From a virus, in the IMG/VR virus record IMGVR_UViG_3300008120_000241, positions 1 to 64,000 of that record: a DNA stretch of 64,000 nucleotides; one strand, 5' to 3'. Position numbers and translations under genes: made by a program. Positions 17,783 through 27,889 of this stretch are shown one piece after another (position 1 is the first letter of the stretch; each line of letters opens with the position of its first letter). The notes beneath the pieces were generated by a model. That model was not told the origin of the DNA and searched no databases. It saw only the letters and a list, made by a program, of their open reading frames with translations.

Positions 17783-19307
17783 AATTACTATATCAGAAAG
17801 TGATAGGCAAAGTATTTTGTCTATGTATAATCTTATAACAGAAAGTATAAGAGAAATAACAATTTCTGGTGTGGTTAAAGATGAGGTTGGTAATCCGTTG
17901 AATGGTAGTAAGGTTGAGTTTTTGGATCAAAATGATAAATTGTTGAAAGGTACAATTTCTGATGATGATGGTAACTACGTTTTATTATTAAATTCAAATA
18001 ACGGTGATTTCAAATTAAGAATAAGTAATAACAATTTAGGTTATCCTGCTTCAGTTTTTAATATAGAAGTTAAGGAAGGTCAAAATAACTACAAATTAGA
18101 CGTTGATTTAAAATCAAAAGAAAGGAAAGAGGTTGTTGTGACAAAAAAAATTCAAGAAGTTTCTGGTAAAATTTACGATAAAGATGGTTTAATTGTAAAT
18201 GGTGTAAAAATAACAGCGGCATCGGATATTGAAACTAAAATTATAGAACAACAAGAAGATGGTAGTTATATTTTTAGATCACCAAAACCAATTAAATCGG
18301 TTACTTTAAAATTTGAAAAAGAAGACTTTATCCCGGTTACTAAAGAATTTGATTTTACAGATGAAAATAAAAAAATCTTTGATGTAAAATTATTAAAAGT
18401 GACAATGTTGAATCTAAAAGTAATTGATTCAATAACAAAGAACCCAGTCAAAGGTGTTAACGTTATTTTTCTTGGATTAAAACAAAAATACGTAACCAAT
18501 GAAAAAGGTTTAGTGACAATAAAAAATATTGAAACCAGAAAAGAAAAAATAAAATTACAATTAACAAATTACCTAACAAAAGTTGATACAATTACAATTA
18601 AAGATGGTGAGAATAACATAGTTGTTCCTTTTGATAAATTTGGTTCACCGGCAGAAAGGATTGATGATTACAAGGATAACTTATTTACAATTTATGGAAG
18701 GTCAAGAAGTGATTTATCATTTAAAGAGGCACTTAAAGATGCTAAACTTGAGATTGTAAATAAGTACTTGGAAAAAAATAAAAGAACTTATAAAAATATA
18801 CCAGAATTCAAAAATGTTGATTTAGATATCAAATATGAACTTGTTTATCAAAAACCAAAAAAGTCGGATGAGGATGAAAATTTTGTAATTGTTAAAGCAA
18901 GTAAAAAAGATATTAAAGATTTTATTAAAGATTTTTCATCAAAAAATAACATTAAGATTGAAGCTGAACCATTAACTTGGGAAGAAGATAATCTTGAGTC
19001 CTTAATAATTGAGGCCTATAGACAAAATAAAAATGTTTTTATTGTTTATGGGTTAATGAGTGACGAACAGACCGTTAAAATGATTGAAGGAATTAATAAA
19101 AACACTTCTTTAGTTAATGATATCAATAAAAAGAGTAAATTGATCTACGTCCCTAATTCAGATAAAAATGAAAATAAAAACTTTTTAATTCAAAAGGATA
19201 TTGACGTAAGTAGTTACCCTAGAATGATCGTTTTAAAACCAACGGACTTAAAAGGTAATTTTACAGTGTCCTATAATAAACCATATAGTCAAATAGTTAG
19301 TAAATAA
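17772..19307 (+). CDS. Leader-bearing protein with three carboxypeptidase-regulatory-like (Ig/transthyretin-like) domains
   Basis: Start MRNKITISESDRQSILSMYNLITES; ISGVVKDEVGNPLNG, VSGKIYDKDG, LKVIDSITKNPVKGV repeats. Confidence 0.7.
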   Translation: MRNKITISESDRQSILSMYNLITESIREITISGVVKDEVGNPLNGSKVEFLDQNDKLLKGTISDDDGNYVLLLNSNNGDFKLRISNNNLGYPASVFNIEVKEGQNNYKLDVDLKSKERKEVVVTKKIQEVSGKIYDKDGLIVNGVKITAASDIETKIIEQQEDGSYIFRSPKPIKSVTLKFEKEDFIPVTKEFDFTDENKKIFDVKLLKVTMLNLKVIDSITKNPVKGVNVIFLGLKQKYVTNEKGLVTIKNIETRKEKIKLQLTNYLTKVDTITIKDGENNIVVPFDKFGSPAERIDDYKDNLFTIYGRSRSDLSFKEALKDAKLEIVNKYLEKNKRTYKNIPEFKNVDLDIKYELVYQKPKKSDEDENFVIVKASKKDIKDFIKDFSSKNNIKIEAEPLTWEEDNLESLIIEAYRQNKNVFIVYGLMSDEQTVKMIEGINKNTSLVNDINKKSKLIYVPNSDKNENKNFLIQKDIDVSSYPRMIVLKPTDLKGNFTVSYNKPYSQIVSK

Positions 19308-19357
19308 ATAATTTTGATTTAAAACAAAATAAACGTATATTTATAAATAAAAAAATT

Positions 19358-19819
19358 ATGAACAAGAAAGTAATAAATGAGATTAACCAAATGAAGTTTT
19401 TGTTTGGTTATAAGCCAGGTAAAGTGATATCTGAACAAGATTTACCAGAAATGGATCTTGAGGAAATGGAAGTAGAAGAAATTGATACTGATGAAAAATT
19501 GGATGAGGAAAATGTTGAAGAAGGTACTGAAATGGAAGCGAACGAAGATTTTGATGTAATGGATTTTGAAGATATTGAAATGTCCCCAGAAGTCGCTCCA
19601 GCTCCGACAAGAGAAAGAGAAAAAACAAGGGAAAAGGAAAGAGAAGACAAACCTTTTAGACCAAGTAAACCAGACAGACGTAAATTACCATATGAAGATC
19701 CAGACACTAGACCACAAGGTAGAAAAAAGATGATGTCTAGATTTGATTCTGAAATGGATGAAAACATCTACGAAATTGAAATTGATACGGATATTGAAGA
19801 ATTATTCAAAAAAAAATAA
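19358..19819 (+). CDS. acidic Leader-D protein (MNKKVINEINQMKFLFGY...ISEQ)
   Basis: TATTTAT upstream; E/D-rich. Confidence 0.75.
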   Translation: MNKKVINEINQMKFLFGYKPGKVISEQDLPEMDLEEMEVEEIDTDEKLDEENVEEGTEMEANEDFDVMDFEDIEMSPEVAPAPTREREKTREKEREDKPFRPSKPDRRKLPYEDPDTRPQGRKKMMSRFDSEMDENIYEIEIDTDIEELFKKK

Positions 19820-19822
19820 ATA

Positions 19823-20824
19823 ATGAATAGAAAAAGATTATTTTTAGAAGCACCGATTGGTGATTACTTACCTGATGAATTTAAACAAAGGGCAAAGGAT
19901 TCCAGTAGTAGATTATATAACGACCCACAAAATCCAGCACCTAGTAGTAATGAAGTTGCGTCAATTATGATGACACTTCCGGGTATGGAAGGTTCTAAAA
20001 GGAATCAATTGAAAGATTTAGCTATTAAGTATTTTTATCAATTAAGACCTTGGGTTAAAACATTAGTTGACGAGGGTAGAATTGAACTTAAAGTGAATTT
20101 AGGTGGTATGTCTGGTGGTAGACACAAATCTCAAATCGTTTCCCCTTCTAAAATTACAAAAGCGAAAGAACAAGATCCGAATTTTGACGAAAAAGTTAAA
20201 AAAAGAAACTTTACAAATGCCAGAGTACAAGGAAAGGCTTGGCTTGATGGTTTTGGTGCTATTAAAAAAATGGAATCCGATATAAAATCAATTGATTCTA
20301 ACCTTTATAATCAATATATGAAGTTCGTTAATGGTGCTTCAAGATTTTACTGGGAAAATAGTGATATGTTAGAAAGGATGGCTTCCACCGGTGCTGGAAG
20401 AGTCGCTTATTGTGATGTTTATCCGAGTAATGAGAACCCAGGTACTTGGGTTATTGAAGCCGGAGCACCACATTTACCATTATTGATGCACGAATTAATA
20501 AAGGGTGCGGAATATTACGAAAGTTTATTTTCTTTACCATCAAATAAAGAAATTGGTGACACAATTATAGATGTTGCTGACACACACAAACACGAAATTC
20601 AAAATATGAATTATGGTAGATTCTTAATCAGTAAAATCAGATACTTTTTGGAGGAAATGGTTGATGGGTATGAACCAAGTATGGAATCTGATATTTTTAT
20701 GATGATTGAAAGCTTACCAGAAACTGAATATAATAAATTCATGGATGGAATTGTTAAAGATGATAATAAAATCATTGGGCAATTCATAAAATTCTGTGAA
20801 GATGCTGTAAATGAACTAAAATGA
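19823..20824 (+). CDS. conserved hypothetical protein (LLMHELIKG motif)
   Basis: 333-aa ORF; short leader ending LFLE. Confidence 0.75.
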   Translation: MNRKRLFLEAPIGDYLPDEFKQRAKDSSSRLYNDPQNPAPSSNEVASIMMTLPGMEGSKRNQLKDLAIKYFYQLRPWVKTLVDEGRIELKVNLGGMSGGRHKSQIVSPSKITKAKEQDPNFDEKVKKRNFTNARVQGKAWLDGFGAIKKMESDIKSIDSNLYNQYMKFVNGASRFYWENSDMLERMASTGAGRVAYCDVYPSNENPGTWVIEAGAPHLPLLMHELIKGAEYYESLFSLPSNKEIGDTIIDVADTHKHEIQNMNYGRFLISKIRYFLEEMVDGYEPSMESDIFMMIESLPETEYNKFMDGIVKDDNKIIGQFIKFCEDAVNELK

Positions 20825-21087
20825 AAAACTTAACAGAACAAGATATTACTAGAATTGTACAAAAAATCATTAATGAAGATGTTTCAAAGGATAAAATGAT
20901 TGAGATATTGGATGATGTGGCAAATCGTCTTAGAGAGCATGGTATGAAATACTACAGAGAACTTAATTCTTTGAATTTTCAATACCCAGCTGAGAAATAT
21001 AAACGAGTTCCACCTTTAAAAAGAGGTGATGTTGAGTTACCTAAAGGTGTTAAAGTTTCAAAATCAATATTTCCAGACGAAATTTAA
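20821..21087 (+). CDS. Leader-B cargo protein
   Basis: MKNLTEQDITRIVQKIINED. Confidence 0.8.
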   Translation: MKNLTEQDITRIVQKIINEDVSKDKMIEILDDVANRLREHGMKYYRELNSLNFQYPAEKYKRVPPLKRGDVELPKGVKVSKSIFPDEI

Positions 21088-21115
21088 TATTTTTACCATA
21101 TAATATTTATTATTA

Positions 21116-21778
21116 ATGGAACCAACACAAGTTAAACAACTTTTTATTGATCTATTTGGAAAAAAACTAGAAATCTACGGACTTTTTGTTGAATTATTTG
21201 AAGTTGAATTAATAAGTACCAATAATCAAAGAAAATTTTATAATTTTAACTTCAAAATTACAAACCCAAATGACGTTTCTTACTATTCTCTACCATTTGA
21301 CTGGGAAATTGATGAGATGTTAAAAGATTTTAGTAAATATGTTGACGTTAGTACTAGGTCAAACGTATTTTTAGATATAAATCAAGGTAAGTTATATTTC
21401 AATAAAGAAAAAACTAAAGAAATTGAGAACGCATTCAAGAAGATTGACAAAATAAAGTTTACTTTAAGGTCAAATATATTGAGTAAAGACCTTTATGAAG
21501 TAAAAATTGAGTCTGTTGGGTACAAAAAATACTATCAACATGAGCACATTCAGTTGGTAAATGTCATTAAACCAGTAAGTGCGACTAAAAATGGTGAATC
21601 ATATGATGTTGATAAGGTTATATTGAAATATTATGAAGAATTTTTACCACAAGAAGAGACTTATTGGGAATCTGAAAACCTTTATCTACATTTAGATCAA
21701 ATTTTAACATCTATCCCTTCAATCGGCGGTTATGATGTTATAGTCTTGGAGTACACCACAAAACTATTTCGTAAATAA
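21116..21778 (+). CDS. hypothetical late protein
   Basis: TATTTAT upstream. Confidence 0.75.
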   Translation: MEPTQVKQLFIDLFGKKLEIYGLFVELFEVELISTNNQRKFYNFNFKITNPNDVSYYSLPFDWEIDEMLKDFSKYVDVSTRSNVFLDINQGKLYFNKEKTKEIENAFKKIDKIKFTLRSNILSKDLYEVKIESVGYKKYYQHEHIQLVNVIKPVSATKNGESYDVDKVILKYYEEFLPQEETYWESENLYLHLDQILTSIPSIGGYDVIVLEYTTKLFRK

Positions 21779-21823
21779 TTTAATATTTTAGCTAAAAATC
21801 AATGTTTAAAACTATTTATTTAT

Positions 21824-22375
21824 ATGAAAATACTAATTACTGAGTCACAATACCAAAAATTAATGGAAAATATCCAAGTTATTGATGATATTTTAGATAA
21901 AATGAACGAAATAGGTTACGAAAACCTTGAAAATAACGAGAAAATCACTCTAAATAAGTACTCAGAATGGTTAAATTCGGGTAAAAAAGGCGATTTTATG
22001 GACGAAATAACACCAAAAAATGTTGATTTTGAACAAAAAATGGGTGATAAATGGACTAGAACACTAGAGGATGGTAGTGAGTTAACCTTCCAATTTGATT
22101 ACGAAGAAATTGAAAAAGACGTTGATTTATATTTTGGTGTAATTTATTGGAATAATAAACAATGGATTGGGTGTGTTGTAACCGAAAAAGATGGGTCAGT
22201 ATCACTTTTAGACTTTGTTGAGGATACCGAAGAGTTCCAAACATACAAATCTGGTGACACTTCGTTTGAGTATGACAAATCAAAAGACATTTATTTGGGT
22301 GATTCTCTTGGTGATTTATATGATGAGGTGTATTATTTTTTTGAAGAGATAGTTATTCCAGAATTAGTTGATTAA
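21824..22375 (+). CDS. Leader-C (MKILITESQYQKLMEN) cargo protein
   Basis: TATTTAT upstream; IDDILDKM..IG...L...EK..L motif. Confidence 0.75.
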   Translation: MKILITESQYQKLMENIQVIDDILDKMNEIGYENLENNEKITLNKYSEWLNSGKKGDFMDEITPKNVDFEQKMGDKWTRTLEDGSELTFQFDYEEIEKDVDLYFGVIYWNNKQWIGCVVTEKDGSVSLLDFVEDTEEFQTYKSGDTSFEYDKSKDIYLGDSLGDLYDEVYYFFEEIVIPELVD

Positions 22376-22969
22376 ATCATTTTCTTTTAAATAATCAAAC
22401 AAACTTTTTGCTAGTTTTTCACCGAATATAATATCTGACGGATAATGTGCTTTTGCCATTTGTCTGGAATATACAATGTCATCCTTAATTTTTTTTAACT
22501 CCTTTTTGAATTGTGGATATTTTTCTGACAAAACAAGATAAAGTAGGTTAGATTGTGTTGAATGACCAGATGGGTAAGCAAAACCTTCCATTGATTCCAA
22601 CATCGGGTCAGTTAATTTCGGATCCAATCTAAATGGTCGTGGTCTCTTATAAAAATTCTTCAAATCCAAAATGACGAAAACTGCGTTTTTTGTAAGTTTT
22701 GATATTAACTCCTTTTCATTGATGTTTTTTGATTTTAAAAACTCAATGAAGTTCCCGTCAATGTCATCTTTTTGTTGAACAAACCTTTTTTTCAAATCTA
22801 TTTTCTTTAGAAACTCAATTTCGTTTTTTGTTTCTTCACTATTGTCTGAAGGTGGTGGTGTGTTTTTGAATTCTGAGATATTAAAGTTTTTGAATATATT
22901 ATTCTTTGGAATTTGATTCTCATTTAGATTCATCAAACTTTTAATTCTAATAATTTCATTTAACAACAT
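22364..22969 (-). CDS. PAP2/acid-phosphatase (haloperoxidase-like) protein with Leader-D
   Basis: KNFYKRPRP, YPSGHS, SRQMAKAHYPSD; start MLLNEIIRIKSLMNLNEN at 22969. Confidence 0.85.
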   Translation of the reverse strand: MLLNEIIRIKSLMNLNENQIPKNNIFKNFNISEFKNTPPPSDNSEETKNEIEFLKKIDLKKRFVQQKDDIDGNFIEFLKSKNINEKELISKLTKNAVFVILDLKNFYKRPRPFRLDPKLTDPMLESMEGFAYPSGHSTQSNLLYLVLSEKYPQFKKELKKIKDDIVYSRQMAKAHYPSDIIFGEKLAKSLFDYLKENDLIN

Positions 22970-22983
22970 ATTTATATAAATAT

Positions 22984-23210
22984 ACCGAAAACCCACAAAT
23001 CTTTAGTTTGTGGAGTGTAAGGTGTAAAATAAATTAAATATTATTTAAATACGAGATATTTATAAGTAATTAAAACCATTAAAAAAAAAATAAACCTATT
23101 GTCTGGTTCGGGAACCGAGTCGGACATTAAACAAAAACCTGTGGAGGCGTTGCGGTTACGCAAGTCAATGAAACGGGAAACTTACGAATCTTTAGTTCGT
23201 GAGTAGTTCA
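22984..23210 (+). mobile_element. Miniature IS200/IS605-family (TnpB/IS1341-like) remnant with both end hairpins and omega-RNA-like 3' part
   Basis: Left hairpin CCACAAATCTTTAGTTTGTGG (~22993-23013); right hairpin CTTACGAATCTTTAGTTCGTGAG then TAGTTCA (23181-23210); residual TnpB-tail-like frame SGSGTESDIKQKPVEAL...SMKRE. Confidence 0.65.
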
Positions 23211-23231
23211 AAAGTATCTAAACAAAACATT

Positions 23232-23657
23232 ATGATAACAAAAAAAGATTTTTTAAGTAAAGGTTCGTTGTTAAATGAACAAAAAGAAAGTAACAAAGAT
23301 TATGTTGAAATGGTTTCATTGTTGTTACATTCAAGAACTCAGATACATGTGTTACATTTACAAACCGGGTCATATCCGGAACATATGGCGTTAAATGACT
23401 ATTACAATGGTATTGGTGATTTGGTTGACGGCTTAATTGAGTCTTATCAAGGTAAGTATGAATTATTAAAAGGATATAACTCTTATGATATTTCAGAATA
23501 TAAATCCACCGAGTCAACTGTGAAATACTTAAAAGATTTATGTGGTAAAGTTGAAAAACTAAGAAGTTGTTGTAAAGATTCTTATATACAAAATCAAATT
23601 GATACGGTTTGTGAATTGATTAATTCAACACTATATAAGTTAAGATTTTTAAAATAA
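23232..23657 (+). CDS. Ferritin/Dps-like protein (DUF5856-like)
   Basis: H.LHLQT.SY.EH.AL.DYY..I.DLVD.LIESYQGKY ... IQNQID.V.ELI.ST.YKLRFL; leader ends LLNEQ. Confidence 0.75.
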   Translation: MITKKDFLSKGSLLNEQKESNKDYVEMVSLLLHSRTQIHVLHLQTGSYPEHMALNDYYNGIGDLVDGLIESYQGKYELLKGYNSYDISEYKSTESTVKYLKDLCGKVEKLRSCCKDSYIQNQIDTVCELINSTLYKLRFLK

Positions 23658-23662
23658 GAAAT

Positions 23663-24979
23663 TTAAACCATTGCTACTTTTTTTCCGTACTTAAAGAACT
23701 TCTGTTGGATATTAATAGTGCCGGATTGTTTTGGTAAATTTTTACCCTTATTATTGAAATAAACTGGGATAGTCTCATTAAAATATTTTACTAATACCGG
23801 ATTTAAACCTGGGTATAAATCATGCATTTTATCCAATTGTTTATTTACTGTACTTTCACCGCCACCTGCTGAACCACGACTATCAATTTTTTCGTATGTA
23901 TACCCATCAGTTGACGGTCCTATTTTTACTGACCAATTAACCGTTAATGTTTGTGGGTTTATTGTAATTTTAACATCAATAATATCAACTGCCTTCAAAT
24001 TATTTTCCTTTTTATATTTTTGGATTCCATCATTAACTTTAGTATTTAATCCACCACCAAATCCGTCACTTTTTCTTCTTTGGAAAGAGTGTAACGCATC
24101 ATATGGTCCGACTTTACCTTCTGCGGTATATGTGCCTTCAATAATATCAACCGAAACACTTTCATTACTAGAATTGATGCTTGATGATGGGTCAATATAA
24201 GGGTCACCTAAATCCGGGTCATTAGCGATTGCGTCCGTTACTTTTTTATTAGCGTCCTTTAAATTCTCATTCATATCTGATGTCCAATTATTACGTTGAT
24301 TTATTGCTAATTTTATTAATTCGTTTCCAGACTTCCCATTTTTTACAGCTTCGTTCATTTCTCTGGCCCAATCTTGAAAATGACCAGAACCATTCCAACA
24401 AGCGTACGCAAAATGAAATAAAAGTCTTAAATTTGATTCCACATCTTCTCTGGATTCTATTAATTCACCCATATTACGTTTCATTGATGTTAACATCATA
24501 GCACAGGCTTTACTTTTTAGTTCATTTTCTAAATCACCACCCCTATATAACCAACGCCATTTTTTACAAAACTTATCAATACTACCGGCCCTTGTTTTTT
24601 CCTTATCTATTATACCCCAAAAATCGCGACCTTCAGGTTTTGAATCCCAGTCACCCATCTTTCTATCAATTCCGAACATGGTTTCAGTTGAAACGCCAGT
24701 TGGTTCAGGATGGTTGGTACATTTTTTATCGTCTGGGTAAACGGCCGGATTGAACCAATAACCACCTTCAAACTGATTAATTATTTTATTACAAAATAGA
24801 GACCAAACCGAATCTAAGTCTATCGGTTGTTTAGTACCGACTACTTTTCCAGTCACCGTACTTACACCCGTAGATTTTTGTGGTGTAATTTCACCGGTTT
24901 CACTACGATTCCACAAACCTAGTGGTCCTTGTTCTACTATTGTGTTTTTTAATAAATCAATTAGTTTTAGTCGTGACAT
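23663..24979 (-). CDS. Putative peptidoglycan hydrolase (GH108/lysozyme-like N domain) with a second domain
   Basis: IINQFEGGY...ETMFGID; leader MSRLKLIDLLKNTIVEQ; TATTTAT upstream. Confidence 0.55.
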   Translation of the reverse strand: MSRLKLIDLLKNTIVEQGPLGLWNRSETGEITPQKSTGVSTVTGKVVGTKQPIDLDSVWSLFCNKIINQFEGGYWFNPAVYPDDKKCTNHPEPTGVSTETMFGIDRKMGDWDSKPEGRDFWGIIDKEKTRAGSIDKFCKKWRWLYRGGDLENELKSKACAMMLTSMKRNMGELIESREDVESNLRLLFHFAYACWNGSGHFQDWAREMNEAVKNGKSGNELIKLAINQRNNWTSDMNENLKDANKKVTDAIANDPDLGDPYIDPSSSINSSNESVSVDIIEGTYTAEGKVGPYDALHSFQRRKSDGFGGGLNTKVNDGIQKYKKENNLKAVDIIDVKITINPQTLTVNWSVKIGPSTDGYTYEKIDSRGSAGGGESTVNKQLDKMHDLYPGLNPVLVKYFNETIPVYFNNKGKNLPKQSGTINIQQKFFKYGKKVAMV

Positions 24980-25038
24980 ATTAAATAAATATAGTCAAAT
25001 AACAAACAAAAGGATATTTATTAGTAAAACATAAATTT

Positions 25039-25506
25039 ATGAAAGGTTTTATCGGTTTAACGGCAAAAGAAAAAGAGGATATATTAAAACTTCACAGTAA
25101 ACCATATGATGGTTATTCTGTTGGGAATGTTAATACTAACTTATATCCGATTAGTGTATATGATGACGCAAGAGATAAGGGTGGTATTACACTTGATAAT
25201 CAAAACAACCCATCGGTCTATAAAAATCATAAAATTAATGAAATTGCAGCAAAACCATTAAACTATGATGAGATTGATACAGCATATGAATATGAATCAG
25301 ACGGACCTCAACAATCAATGACACAAATGGGTATGGGAAAGAGACCATATGAATTTAAGTCAAAGGGTCCAGTGGATGTTTATGAAATGCCAGATTTTGA
25401 TGAATTGGTTAGTGATGATGAAGAATTACAAGCCGATAGAGATGAGATTGAGGAGAACGTATCAAAAACAATTGATATGTTTAAGAGGGTTAATAAAATA
25501 AAGTAA
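25039..25506 (+). CDS. late hypothetical (head-associated?) protein
   Basis: TATTTAT upstream. Confidence 0.75.
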   Translation: MKGFIGLTAKEKEDILKLHSKPYDGYSVGNVNTNLYPISVYDDARDKGGITLDNQNNPSVYKNHKINEIAAKPLNYDEIDTAYEYESDGPQQSMTQMGMGKRPYEFKSKGPVDVYEMPDFDELVSDDEELQADRDEIEENVSKTIDMFKRVNKIK

Positions 25507-25808
25507 TGGAAGTTGTTGAAATAATATCACATCACGTTGATAAAACTCAAAACATTATTGTTGTTGAATTTAGAACGAGTGTGGATGATGAGGATGTGGT
25601 TAGGGAGGATTTTATTGAATATTCATATTTTGAAGAATTTGGATTTGACACAAAAGACGTATTTGACATTTTTGAAGGAACAGATTTTGATGATGACGAA
25701 TGGGAAGATGATGATTATGAATATGTAGATGAAGATAAATTAATTTCTTTTTTGAATGAATATTATATTGTTTTTCCAAAAAAGATACCAAGAGGTGATT
25801 TTAGATGA
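25506..25808 (+). CDS. acidic hypothetical protein
   Basis: TAATG-coupled. Confidence 0.75.
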   Translation: MEVVEIISHHVDKTQNIIVVEFRTSVDDEDVVREDFIEYSYFEEFGFDTKDVFDIFEGTDFDDDEWEDDDYEYVDEDKLISFLNEYYIVFPKKIPRGDFR

Positions 25809-26236
25809 AATTGAATAAGTTAACTGAAAATATAAATAGAATAAAAAGTTTGATGTCACTTGTTGAAACGTCAGATGTTGATGTGGATGATGTTGATAAA
25901 GGTGAAATAACACAAAAACCCATTCAAGTCCAAGGACCAGATGGGATGGGTGATGATTCAGACAATGAATTAAAACAAGAAGAAGTAACAGAACAAGAAG
26001 CGGGAAGTACAGAAACGACAACTCAAACCTCATCAACTGATACTGAAACAGAGACCTCATCAACCGGTTACCCAACTGTTACAAAATGGGAAAGTAAAAG
26101 AACCTTTGGGAAAACGTATATGAATGACCCAAAGTATAAATGGGAAAGTGGTAGAGGTTTAGGACCAACATATAAAGGACCGAACGCCAAGTGGGAAAGT
26201 GGGACAACGGTCGGTAAAGGAAACCCAAGAAATTAA
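25805..26236 (+). CDS. Leader-D protein with triple KWES repeat
   Basis: MKLNKLTENINRIKSLMSLVET; KWESKR/KWESGR/KWESGT. Confidence 0.75.
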   Translation: MKLNKLTENINRIKSLMSLVETSDVDVDDVDKGEITQKPIQVQGPDGMGDDSDNELKQEEVTEQEAGSTETTTQTSSTDTETETSSTGYPTVTKWESKRTFGKTYMNDPKYKWESGRGLGPTYKGPNAKWESGTTVGKGNPRN

Positions 26237-26238
26237 TT

Positions 26239-27867
26239 ATGAATAAAATAATAACAGAGGAATTAATAAATCAGATTAGACTTATGAATTATGATAGGTC
26301 TAAAACTCTGTTGGAACAAAAAGGAACCATTGAAAAAGTGGTTCAAAAAACCGATCGTTTAGGTTCCGAATTTAGAGCAACACCCAAAATATTTTCAGAT
26401 CCAGTTTATAAGGAATATGAAAAATTAAGTCCAGAAGAAAAACAAAAAAGAGAAAACGAATTTTTGAATAAAAAATGGAAATCAAGATTATGTACAACTA
26501 ACGCTCAACAAAAAGGTAGTGTTTATAATGGTGAGTATTATGTGAGTCACGAAGATTTTTGTAAACCATTCGGAGGGCCACAAGTATATCGTACAAAATC
26601 AGAAGGAAAAAGTTTTTTAGGTATTAGTGAAAAAGATGTCTTAGGTGAAGGGTTTTTTTGTGGTTGTAAAGTAAATGGTCAGACATTTATTGGTGATAAA
26701 ACAGTTAAGGTAAATGAATACCTAAATAGGCCAATGACTGAAATCACATACCCTATTGCTGATTTTTTAAGTGAACCACATAATATTGCAATGATAGCAT
26801 CAATCGCCTTCTCAATGTTTGGTGGGGGTATTGGTCAAGTTTTTTCACTTGTTTTTGACGCAATTGATGTTGGTCTTTTTATTGAAGAAGGTGATTATTT
26901 TATGGCCGGTTTGGCGATTATATTTGCTGTTATTCCTATTGGTGATTTAGTAAAGGCTTATTTAAGGAAATATCCAGGTGCTAAAACTTTTACAAAAAAA
27001 ACATTAACAAAAATATTGGAAAAATTAAAAATTAAAAAACCTTTAACTCCAGATGAGAAAAAAATATTAGATGCAATAACAAGTGCAAAAATGCAAAATA
27101 AAGTATTTTGGAAAATGGTTAGAGAAAAAATACGAATGACAATAATGGGTAAAAAACCAAATTATGTGGTTGCATTTATAGTATGGTTGGTTAAAAAAGG
27201 TATTTTGACAAGTCAATTTTTATTGAAGTGGGGTTTAATAATCGGAGGTGTTTTTTATAGTTGGTATAAAATAGCACAATGGTTGGGTGTAAAACCAAAA
27301 GATGAAACAAAGAGTAAAAAACAACCATCTAAAACTGATTTTGTTGAAATGAATGTTTTAGAGTATCTTAAAAATATGTCATCAAAAGGTTACACGTATA
27401 GTACAAAATTAAGTGGTACCGAATTACCGGAAGTTGCTGCTTTACAATATACACTTTATGCTGGAGGATATTTTACCGCACCTAAAGTTAAATGGGGATT
27501 TTATGATGAATCAACCAAAAAAGCGGTAGAAAGCTATCAACAAAAAAATTCATTAACCAAAGACGGTATTGCTGGCCCAAATACAATTAAAAATTTAATT
27601 GATAAAATAAAAAGTAATAAAATTACAGACTTCTCAAAACCAGAAAGTATCGCTAGATATAATTTTGGGAAAGTAACAACAAAAAAAGAGGTTGATTTTA
27701 CTGGTGAAGAATTTATAAAAAGTTATGAGGAACAAAAAACACAAGTTTTGGATTCTATTTATAATGAATTAGATAAGATTAAAGAAAGTATTAATATAGA
27801 TTCATTAAAAAATGTGTGGGGAAAAGGTGAAGTAAAATTTAAAATCCCAGAAATACCTAAAGAATAA
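26239..27867 (+). CDS. Leader-D virion protein with hydrophobic helices and PG-binding domain
   Basis: WGFYDESTKKAVESYQQKNSLTKDGIAGPNT (PG_binding_1 pattern); TM-like segments. Confidence 0.7.
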   Translation: MNKIITEELINQIRLMNYDRSKTLLEQKGTIEKVVQKTDRLGSEFRATPKIFSDPVYKEYEKLSPEEKQKRENEFLNKKWKSRLCTTNAQQKGSVYNGEYYVSHEDFCKPFGGPQVYRTKSEGKSFLGISEKDVLGEGFFCGCKVNGQTFIGDKTVKVNEYLNRPMTEITYPIADFLSEPHNIAMIASIAFSMFGGGIGQVFSLVFDAIDVGLFIEEGDYFMAGLAIIFAVIPIGDLVKAYLRKYPGAKTFTKKTLTKILEKLKIKKPLTPDEKKILDAITSAKMQNKVFWKMVREKIRMTIMGKKPNYVVAFIVWLVKKGILTSQFLLKWGLIIGGVFYSWYKIAQWLGVKPKDETKSKKQPSKTDFVEMNVLEYLKNMSSKGYTYSTKLSGTELPEVAALQYTLYAGGYFTAPKVKWGFYDESTKKAVESYQQKNSLTKDGIAGPNTIKNLIDKIKSNKITDFSKPESIARYNFGKVTTKKEVDFTGEEFIKSYEEQKTQVLDSIYNELDKIKESINIDSLKNVWGKGEVKFKIPEIPKE

Positions 27868-27889
27868 TTAAAAGTTATATTTATCATAT

